This document shows, in pieces, positions 55,751 through 64,000 of a DNA stretch of 64,000 nucleotides. The stretch covers positions 867,111 through 931,110 of the forward strand of contig CAWIDI010000005.1 in NCBI GenBank assembly GCA_963834915.1, given 5' to 3'. This stretch comes from an uncultured Chloroflexia bacterium. GTDB lineage: Bacteria > Chloroflexota > Limnocylindria > Limnocylindrales > CSP1-4. The notes beneath the pieces were generated by a model. It had not been told where the DNA came from, ran no database searches, and worked only from the letters and a program-made list of their open reading frames with translations. The position numbers and the translations under genes were made by a program. How positions within the stretch are numbered: the stretch's first letter is position 1; each line of letters opens with the position of its first letter.

Positions 55751-56393
55751 CCGGGGCCGAGACCGGCGGATCGGGCCGCGAGGTCATCCTCTCCCGGGTC
55801 CGCGAGGCGCTGGCCGACGGACCGCCCGCGAGCGCCGTGCCGCGCGACTACGAGCGCGCCCTCCCGCCGTCGGTCGATATCGTGGCGCTGTTCGAGGAGC
55901 GCGTCGCCGACTACCGGGCGACCGTCCGCCGGACCTCGGCCGGCGAGCTGCCCGGCGTGATCGCCGCGGTCCTCGCGGGCCGCGGTGTGCGGCGGCTCGT
56001 GGTGCCGGGCGGCCTCGACCCGGCCTGGCTCGGCGCGGCGTCCGGCATCGACCAGGTCGCCGATGATCCGGTCCTGTCGCACGCGGCGCTCGACGCCGTC
56101 GACGCCGTGATCACGACCTGCGCGGTCGGGATCGCCGAGACGGGCACGATCGTGCTCGACGCCGGGCCGGGCCAGGGACGTCGGGCCCTCAGCCTGCTCC
56201 CCGACCGGCACCTGTGCATCGTCGAGGTCGTCCGGATCGTGGGGACCGTGCCCGAGGCGCTCGAGCGGCTCGACGCCGACCCGGCCCGCTGACCTGGATC
56301 AGCGGGCCGTCCGCGACGAGCGACATCGAGCTCGAGCGCGTCGAGGGCGTCCACGGGCCGCGCATCCTGGACGTCGTGATCGCCGAGGGATAG
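55747..56393 (+). pseudogene. lutC: Lactate utilization protein C (LUD domain), C-terminal single-base frameshift near 56285-56288
   Basis: Track ORF ends at 56292 (...ERLDADPAR*), but the +2 frame continues [33 protein letters not shown] (stop 56391-56393), which is the conserved LutC C-terminus; one extra C in the GCCC run would restore frame. Confidence 0.7.
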
Positions 56394-56453
56394 CCGGACC
56401 GCCGATCGGTGGCATGCTCAGCGTGTCCCATGCCGCTCCCACCAGGTGACCCG

Positions 56454-57020
56454 ATGCCAGACGCGACCGCTCTCTCCCCCATCGAGCAGGTGCGCCCGCT
56501 GACCCGCACGCGCCAGATCCGCGACTTCACCGACGAGCCGCTCACCGACGATCAGTCGTTCGCGATCAGCGAGGTCGCCCGCTGGTCCGGCAGCAACAGC
56601 AACAGCCAGCCGTGGCGGTTCATCGTGATCCGCGAGCCGGCCACGCTGCGCCAGCTGGCCGAGCTCGGGATGCCGTCGACGCGATCGCTTCGGACGGCGG
56701 TCGCCGCCGTCGCGATCGCCATCCCGGCCGCCAAGGACCGGGTGGTCTCGAACGCCTTCGACGACGGTCGGGTCGCGGAGCGGATGCTGGTGGCGACCAC
56801 GCTGCTCGGGATCGGCGGCGCCATCGCCTGGATCGGCCCGGACATCCGCGAGGCCGCACGCGAGATCCTCGGCATCCCCGACGACTGGCTGGTCCGGACG
56901 GTCGTCGCGCTCGGGCACCCGAGCGAGGGGGCGAAGGCCCCACAGGCGGCGCCCGGCACCGCCCGCCGACCGCGCCGGGAGACCGTCTTCGAAGAGCGCT
57001 GGCCGCCGACCGGAGCGTAG
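56454..57020 (+). CDS. Nitroreductase-family (NAD(P)H-flavin oxidoreductase-like) protein
   Basis: ...ISEVARWSGSNSNSQPWRFIVIREP... nitroreductase fold signature. Confidence 0.7.
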   Translation: MPDATALSPIEQVRPLTRTRQIRDFTDEPLTDDQSFAISEVARWSGSNSNSQPWRFIVIREPATLRQLAELGMPSTRSLRTAVAAVAIAIPAAKDRVVSNAFDDGRVAERMLVATTLLGIGGAIAWIGPDIREAAREILGIPDDWLVRTVVALGHPSEGAKAPQAAPGTARRPRRETVFEERWPPTGA

Positions 57021-57051
57021 TCCCGTGTCGGGCGCCTGACGCGGCCGCGCA

Positions 57052-58549
57052 TCACGGCCGAGCGGCCAGCCGGACCACGTTCCAGGAGCGCGCCGGCAAG
57101 GGCATCGACAGCCGGCCCTGCTCGACGCTCGCGCCGGTCGCCTCGCGCGGCACCAGCCGCTCGGGGTCGACGGCCGTGTTGGCCGCCCTTAGGTCCGGAT
57201 CGGTCAGCATCGTGTGGCGTTCGATGGCCAGGCGATCGAAGCCGCGCAGCGCGACCTCGAACACCGCCGGCTCCGCCGCCCGGTTGACTGCGAAGACCGT
57301 GACCCCGCCGGACCCCGCGTCGTGGACCGCGGTCGCCTCGACCGCGCCGGCGGGCGACGCATCGACCTCCAGCTGCAGCACCGTCCCCCGGCCCCAGCGC
57401 GCGACATCCGCGAACGGATAGGCCGGAGCCTGGAGCCATGCCGGGCCGCCCGCGATGGTGCGGATGGCCGGGATGGCATTGACCAGCTGGGCCTGGCACG
57501 CGATCGAGACGCGGTCGGCATGCCGTAGCAGCGTGATCAACAGGCAGCCGACGACCAGCGCGTCGGCCAGGTCGTGCGTGTCCTCGGCCAGCGCGGGCGC
57601 CCGCTCGAACCCGCGGGCCGCTCGCGTCGCCTCGCGCTCGCGATGCTCCGCCAGGTGCCAGACGTTCCATTCGTCGACGCTCAGGCCGATCCGTCGGCGA
57701 CTTCCCTGACGCCCCGTGACGGCATCGACGATCCCGGCCACGGTCACGATCATCCGGTCGAGGTCCGCCGAGCAGGCGAGGTAGTCGTCGACCGTCTCGT
57801 AGGCGGCCGGATCGTAGTAGGCGTGCAGGGAGATGTGGTCGACCACGTCGCCCGCAAGCTCGAGGACCGTCGTCTCCCACGTGCGGAACGTGGGCATCGC
57901 CGATCCGGAGCTGCCGCAGGCGACCAGCTCGATCGATGGGTCGACGAGGCGCATCGCGCGCGCGGCCTCGGCCGCGCGGCGTCCGTACTCGGCCGCGTTC
58001 GTGTGGCCGATCTGCCACGGGCCGTCCATCTCGTTGCCGAGGCACCACGTGCGGATGCCGTATGGCTCGGCGTGGCCGTTGGCGGCGCGCCGGTCCGCGA
58101 CGGCCGTCCCGACGGGCGCGTTGCAGTACTCGACGAGGTCGCGAGCGGCCTCCGCGCCGCGCGTCCCGAGGTTCACGGCGAGCATCGGCGTGGCGCCCAC
58201 CAGACCTGCCCACGCGACGAACTCGTCCGTCCCGACGAGGTTCGGCTCGATCGAGCGCCACGCGAGGTCGTGCCGCTCCGGCCGTCCCTCGCGCGGTCCG
58301 ACGCCATCCTCCCAGTCGTACCCCGAGACGAAGTTGCCGCCCGGATAGCGGATCGTCGTGACGCCTGAGCTGCCGGACGAGGTCGATCACGTCGTGGCGC
58401 CAGCCGTCGGCATCGGCGGTCGGGTGCCCGGGCTCGTAGATCCCGCCGTAGACGGCCCGGCCCATATGCTCGACGAACGATCCGAAGACCCGTTCGTCCA
58501 CGACGCCGACCGCGACGGTCGGGTCGATCACCGTCCGGGCCTCAGCCAA
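57052..58549 (-). pseudogene. Alpha-L-arabinofuranosidase, GH51 (AbfA-like); single-base frameshift at about 58356
   Basis: TTG start 58549: MAEARTVIDPTVAVGVVDERVFGSFVEHMGRAVYGGIYEPGHPTADADGWRHDVIDLVRQL, then out of frame. The 382-aa ORF frame gives GVTTIRYPGGNFVSGYDWEDGVGPRE...NEMDGPWQIGH...DEWNVWH (GH51 catalytic Glu motifs). Confidence 0.75.
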
Positions 58550-61213
58550 GCGTGGTCTCCGTCAGGTAGTGCGCCCGCTCGCACAGCTCGATCGTCGGGC
58601 CGGTCAGGGTCGCGGTCGCGGTGAGCGGCAGGTCGACCGATGAGGTGCCCACGGCGATCCCGATCGTGCCCGGCTCGATCACGCGGCGGCGGTCGGCGCC
58701 GGTATAGGCGAACTGCTCGGCCGACACCCGGAACGTCACCGTCCGGCGCTCGCCGGGGGCGAGGGTCACGCGGCGGAAGCCGCGCAGCTCGCGGACCGGC
58801 CGGGCGACCGTCGCCTCGTCGTCGCGGCAGTAGAGCTGGACCACCTCGTCGCCGGCGCGGTCGCCGGTGTTTTCGACCTCGACGGTGATGGCGAGCTCGC
58901 CGCCCTCGGTCGGCAGCTCTGGTCGGTCGAGGCGGAGCCGGTCGGTCCTGAAGGAGGTGTAGGACAGACCGAACCCGAACGGCCAGAGCGGCGCGACCGG
59001 CCCATCGACGTAGTCGCCCTTCGGCTGCGAATGGCCGCCGGTCGGATGGTGCCGGTAGGTGATCGGCACCTGCCCGACGGTGCGCGGGATGGAGATCGGC
59101 AGCTTGCCGCCGGGGTTCACAGCCCCGCTCAGCACATCCGCGATCGCATCCGGACCGGCGTCGCCGGGCACCCAGGCGAGGAGGATCGCCGCCGCAGTGC
59201 CCGGCGGCCCAGTCGATGGCCAGCGGCCGGCCGCTCACGACCACGAGCACGACCGGGGTCCCGGTCGCGACCACGGCCTCGAGCAGCTCTTCCTGGCGAC
59301 CGATGAATCCGAGGGTCGAGCGGTCGCGGAACTCGCCGGTGGTCGAGTCGTCGGTCAGGCCCGAGCGCTCGCCGAGCACGACGATCGCGACATCGGCCGA
59401 ACGTGCGGCCTGGACTGCGGCGGCCAGCTCCTCGTCGGTCCCCGCCGATATCCCGGTGCCGCGGGCGTGGACCACTTCGGCGTCGCCCAGGGACGCGCGG
59501 ACCGCGTCCAGGATCGTGCGCCGGCCGGCCAGCTCGTCGTCCGCGGGCGCGATCACCTCGCCATCGCCGACGATCCCCAGGGCGTCCACGCCCTGGTGCA
59601 TCTCGCGCAGGGTCTCCATGTGGACGAGGTGGCTGTAGTCGCCGAGCAGGTCGCGAGCGCTGTCGGCGACGGGCCCGATGACCGCGACGCGCTGCCTGCC
59701 CGCGGCGAGCGGCAGGATCCCGTCGTTCTTGACGAGGACCAGCGATCGCTCCGCGAGCGCGCGGGCGGCGCGGGCCTCGTCCGCGGCAAGGGCGTCGAGG
59801 GTCGCCTCGTCGGGGACCGCGACGTATGGCCGGTCGAAGAGGCCCAGCCGGAACTTCATCCGGAGCATCCGCGCGACCGTGGCATCGAGGTCCGTCTCGC
59901 TGACCCGGCCGTCCTCGATGGCCGCCTCGAGCGGCGGGCCGAAGACCACGGTCCGCGGCAGCTCCGAGTCCACGCCGGCGACGAGCGCCAGCCGCGCCGC
60001 CTCGCCGAGGTCGGCCGTCAGATGGTGGGCCGTGGCGATCATCTCGACGCCGATGTAGTCCGAGGCGACGATCCCGTCGAAGCCCCACTCGCCGCGGAGG
60101 ATCCCGGTCAGCAGCTCGCCGGACGCGTGGCACGGGACGCCGTCCACGTCGCAATAGGCCGGCATGACGCTCGCGATCCGCGAGCGGCGCACCGCGGCCT
60201 CGAACGGGAACAGCTGCTCGTCGCGGAGCTCGCGCTCGCCGATGTGGACCGGCGCCTGGTTGAGGCCGCCCTCGGCCAGCCCATGGCCGACCATGTGCTT
60301 GGCGGTCGCGACGACGCCCTCGCGGAGGTCGGAGCCCTGGAGCGCCTCGATGTAGGCGCAGCCGAGCTCGGCCGCGAGGTACGGGTCCTCGCCGTAGGTC
60401 TCCTCGATGCGGCCCCAGCGCGGGTCGCGGCTGACGTCGAGGACCGGCGCGAGGGCGTGCCGGGCGCCGGTGAGCAGCATCCGCCGGCGGATCGTGTCGG
60501 CCATCGCGGCCACCGCCGCCGGGATCGAAGCTCGCGGCCGCGCCGATGGACTGCTGGAAGCACGGGGCCGCCCAGGCGATCAGGCCGTGGAGGCACTCCT
60601 CGTGGATGATCGTCGGGATGCCGAGGCGGGTCTCCTCGACCAGGTAGTCCTGGATCGCGTTGGCGGTGGTCGCGACGTCGATCGGCCGCAGGTTGGTCGA
60701 CCCGGCGAGCCGCGTGATCTCGCCGACGCCGTTCGAGGCCAGCGCCGCCAGCCGCGCCGCATCGAAGCCGCTCTCGGGGACGACCTCGAAGGCCCAGAAC
60801 GATCCGATCTGGGCGATCTTCTCGGCCAGCGTCATGCGCGCGAGCAGGTCCGAGACACGGGCCTCGACCGGGAGCGCGGGGTCGCGGTAGTCGGCCCGGA
60901 TGGTCGCCATCAGCCCTTCACCGATCCGGCGGTGAGGCCGCCGACGATGTGGCGCTCGGCGATGACGTAGAAGATCAGCGCCGGGATCAGCGAGACGACC
61001 GTGAAGGCGAGCGTCCGCGCCGCGTCCGAGCTGTATGTCGTCGCGAAGTTCATGACACCGAGCGGCAGCGTCCATTGGTCCGCGGAGTTCAGGACGACGA
61101 GGGGCAGGATGAACGCGTTCCAGGTGGTCACGATCGCCAGCACGCTGACGGTCGCGAGCGCCGGCCGCGACAACGGGAGCAGCACCCGCCAGAAGAAGCC
61201 GAACGAGCCGCAA
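58542..61213 (-). pseudogene. GH3 beta-glucosidase/beta-xylosidase, split over three frames by two single-base indels (about 60521 and 59197)
   Basis: 694-aa ORF frame: MATIRADYRDPALPVEARVSDLLARMTLAEKIAQ...IPTIIHEECLHGL...AAASFDP; 661-aa ORF frame: AAVAAMADTIRRRMLLTGARHALAPVLDVSRDPRWGRIEETYGEDPYL...GFDGIVASDY...VVVSGRPLAIDWAAGH; 209-aa ORF frame: AAAILLAWVPGDAGPDAIADVLSGAVNPGGKLPISIP...PFGFGLSYT (GH3 C-terminal domains). Confidence 0.75.
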
Positions 61214-61751
61214 CCGTCCATGCGCGCCGCGTCCTCGAGCTCCATCGGGATGCTCCGGAAGAACGGCCGCAGGATGACGATGGAGAGCGGCAATCCGAAG
61301 GCGGCCTGCGGCAGTGCCACCCCGAGCAGGCTGCCCGACAGCCCGAGCTGGCGGATGAGGACGTACAACGGCAGGATCGCGACGGCCGTCGGGAAGAGCA
61401 GCCCGAACACGAAGAGCGTGTACATCGCCTCGCGGCCGCGGAAGCGCATCCGGGCGAACACGAACGCTGCGGCGGACGCGCAGCCGACGGTGACCCCGAC
61501 CGCCACGATGGCGACGAGGACGCTGTTGAACAGCTCGCCCCAGAACGCGCGCTGCGTTGGCGCCCCACAGGACGTCGGCGTAGTTGTCGAAGACCCACGG
61601 GTCGGGGATCAGCGCGACCGGGTTCGCCGGCCAGCTGGCCGTTGTCCTTGAAGCCGCCGAGGAAGGCGTAGACGATCGGTACGAGGATCGCGGCGGCCAC
61701 CACGAGCAGGATCACGTACGCCAGCGATGCCGCTGACGGTGCGGCGCGCAC
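60910..61751 (-). pseudogene. Sugar ABC transporter permease (MalG-like), two +1 insertions about 65 nt apart (about 61625 and 61561)
   Basis: Frame 1 MRAAPSAASLAYVILLVVAAAILVPIVYAFLGGFKDNGQLAG; frame 2 NPVALIPDPWVFDNYADVLWG; frame 3 PTQRAFWGELFNSVLVAIVAVGVTVGCASAAAFVFARMRFRGREAM...LEDAARMDGCGSFGFFWRVLLPL (EAA motif). Confidence 0.7.
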
Positions 61752-61825
61752 GGTTCGTGCGGGCCACGGCCATGACGGCGGTCGGCTCGGCGGTCACGTT
61801 GGTGGTTGCCTCGGTCGTCATCGAT

Positions 61826-62762
61826 TCATCCGTTGTAGGCGGTCACGGCGCCGTCGATGTCGCGACGCAGCACGAACCGCTGGTAGAGCAGGGCCACGAC
61901 GAGCGCGCACAGGAACAGGAGCACGGCGAGCGCACTGCCATAGCCCATCTGCTGCTTCTCGAAGCCGGTCTTGAACATGTTGACGGCCATGGTGGTCGAG
62001 GCCGTCAGCGGGCCGCCGCCGGTCATGACCCAGACCATGTCGAACAGCTGCAATGCGCCGATGACCGACAGGAAGACCGACACGCGGAGCGTGGGTCCGA
62101 TCAATGGCAGGGTCACGAAGCGGAATGCCTGCCAGCGGCCGGCGCCATCGATCAATGCGGCCTCCTCGATCTCCCGCGGGATCCCCTGCAGGCCGGCCAG
62201 CAGCAGGATCATGTGGAACCCGAAGTACTTCCACGAGATGATCACGAAGAGGGTGAGCATCACGATGTCCGTGTTGCCGAGCCAGTCCTGGATCAGCCCC
62301 TCGAGCCCCGACGGCGCGCAGGCCCGAATCGACGAGGGCATCGGGCTGGAGGAGCAGGCTGAACACGATGCCCGTGATCGCCTCGGACAGGACGTAGGGG
62401 ACGAAGAACAGCAGCCGGAAGATGGCGCGTCCGGGGAAGCGCCGGTTGAGAAGGATCGCGAGCCCGAGCGAGAACGGGATCTGGAGGAGGAGCGACAGGA
62501 CGATGACCAACAGGTTGTTGCCCACCGCCTGCCAGAACACGTCGCTCGCCAGGGCGACCTGGTAGTTCTTGAGCCCGATGAAGTCCTCGAGCGCACCAAG
62601 GCCGTTCCACTTGTACAGGCTGAAGTGCGCTGCCTGGAGGATCGGGATGATGACGAAGACGAGGTAGAGCACCAGGGCTGGCAGCAGGAAGAGGCCGATC
62701 GTCAGCCACTTGCCTGGCAGCCGGAGACCCGAACGGGCACCCGGGCGTTCGGCACGCAACAC
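61826..62762 (-). pseudogene. Sugar ABC transporter permease (MalF-like), single-base insertion in a G-run at about 62333
   Basis: N-terminal half in the 314-aa ORF frame (...LLFFVPYVLSEAITGIVFSLLLQPDALVDSGLRAVG), C-terminal half in the 257-aa ORF frame (LEGLIQDWLGNTDIVMLTLFVIISWKYFGFHMILLLAGLQGIPREIEEAALIDGAGRWQAF...). Observed GTCGGGGCTCGAG would restore if read GTCGGGCTCGAG. Confidence 0.7.
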
Positions 62763-62854
62763 GTCCCTGCTTCCCTCCGACGGAATGGGCGGGCCGGCTG
62801 AGCCGGCCCGCCCGTGGTACCGAGTCTACGAGTGATCCACTCGCGGGGAGACGC

Positions 62855-64000
62855 CTACTGCGTGGCAGCCGCGTCAGTGAGGGTCTGGCAGACCTTCTCG
62901 GGGGTGGACTTGCCGAGGAACAGCGCGATCGGTCGCGTCGTTGAAGGCCGCGGCCAGGGGCCCGCTGGTCGCCTGGTCGAGGTAGAGCTGCATGAACGTC
63001 GCCGCGCCGCGACCGGCGAGGACGGCCTGCAGGTTCGGGTCGGTGACGGTGCTCTCCGTGCCGCACGGTCGTCGAGAGGCCGACGCCGTCGGTGTTGAGC
63101 TTGTTCTGGTTCTCCACGCTCATGAAGAACTTCAGGAAGTCGATGGCCTCGGGCGGTGCGTTCTTGCCACGGCGATGCCGTTGCCGCCGCCGACACCGTC
63201 GGTCGCAGCGCCAGCCCCACCGGTCAGGGTCGGGAACGCGAACCAGCCGAGCTTGTCGCCAAGACCGACCTTGTCCGATGCTCTGGTCCTTCTGGACGGA
63301 CGGCGCCCACTGGCCCATCAGCTCCATGGCGGCCTTGCCGTTGCCGACCGAGGCGGCCTCGCTGTTGTAGTCCGCGCTGGCGTAGCCCTTCTGGTAGGGA
63401 TCGAGGGCGTTGAGCGCCTCGACGGCCTTGCCGGCGTTGATGCAGGCATCGGTGTTCCAGTCGCCGGTCTGGATCATCTGGCTGAGCGCATCACCGCCGC
63501 CGCTGCGGAGGACCAGGTAGGTCCAGAGGTGCATCGACGGCCACTTGTCCTTGCCCGCGATGGCGAGCGGGGCGACGCCGGCCGCCTTCAGCTTCGGGAC
63601 GGCGGCGAGGTACTCGTCCCAGGTCGCCGGCGGGGCCGTGATGCCAGCCTTCTGGAAGAGGTCCTTGTTGTACCAGAAGCCGATCATCCCCATGTCCCAC
63701 GGGATCCCGTACTGGACGCCCTTGTACTGGTAGATGCTCATCGCGCCGGCGTTGACCGTGTCCTTCCACGGCGCGACGGCGGCGGTGATGTCCTGGAGCA
63801 GCCCGGCGTCGGCCTGGGTCGCCATCGTCCCGCCGCCCCACGACTGGAACAGGTCGGGATAGGCGTCTGCCGGCGTCGCGGCGAGCTTGGTCTTGAAGGC
63901 CTCGTTCTCGAGGACCGTGATCTTGATCTTCACGTTGGGGTTGGCCGCGGTGTAGGCGTCCGCGATCGCCTGGAAATCGGTCTTGCCCGGATCGCCGGTC
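62855..64000 (-). pseudogene. Sugar ABC transporter substrate-binding protein (family-1 SBP), 5'-partial (continues beyond window), at least 3 frameshifts
   Basis: 546-aa ORF frame: ...TGDPGKTDFQAIADAYTAANPNVKIKITVLENEAFKTKL...GIPWDMGMIGFWYNKDLF...MGQWAPSVQKDQS; +1 frame ASDKVGLGDKLGWFAFPTLTGGAGAATDGVGGG; back to GKNAPPEAIDFLKFFMSVENQNKLNTDGVGLSTTV; C-terminus in another frame ...IALFLGKSTPEKVCQTLTDAAATQ* (ends 62855). Confidence 0.65.

Noticed and set aside
1-64000. CRISPR arrays, transposases/IS elements, integrases, prophage or defence-system genes
   Set aside because: None found. There are no regularly spaced direct repeats with spacers, no DDE/serine/tyrosine recombinase-like translations in any frame, and no integrase next to tRNA-His.

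Overview
This is a 64 kb, very high-GC (about 70%+) chromosomal segment that looks like Actinomycetota. It is gene-dense, with roughly 55 genes and many 4-bp start/stop overlaps (ATGA/GTGA). In high GC the six-frame track is dominated by long spurious antisense ORFs, so I called genes by recognisable protein families in the translations, not ORF length. The track shows GTG/TTG starts as M.

Content in order:
- A partial molybdopterin oxidoreductase gene at the window start and a membrane-anchored degenerate GGDEF protein.
- A TetR + MFS (DHA2) efflux pair, a D-aminoacylase and a guanine deaminase.
- A minus-strand operon: GlcD-like FAD oxidase -> 474-bp repeat-rich intergenic region -> SorC regulator -> FGGY sugar kinase -> NitT/TauT-type ABC transporter (ATPase, permease, NMT1-like lipoprotein SBP).
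- A secreted M1-like zinc peptidase, an MpaB/DUF2236 protein and BioY.
- A CAP-domain secreted protein translationally coupled to a MacB-like ABC ATPase and a double-FtsX permease.
- A PLP-dependent decarboxylase, tRNA-His, and an Rrf2 (NsrR-like) regulator next to a lipoprotein cupredoxin-NirK fusion (copper nitrite reductase).
- A DsbA/VKOR disulfide-bond pair, an unknown membrane protein and a heterodimeric ABC exporter pair.
- A LacI-controlled beta-glucosidase (GH3) / sugar ABC / alpha-L-rhamnosidase (GH78) block, with a shared promoter/operator motif at two sites.
- A complete L-rhamnose regulon: DeoR regulator, rhamnose ABC transporter, rhaM, rhaI, rhaEW, rhaB, lutABC.
- A nitroreductase, then a GH51 arabinofuranosidase / GH3 / sugar-ABC locus that runs off the window end.

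The main anomaly is about 14 single-base frameshifts in otherwise well-conserved genes, at least 9 of them packed into the last 7 kb (57-64 kb). This is either operon decay or sequencing/assembly indel errors. No transposases, integrases, CRISPR arrays or recognisable defence genes were seen.
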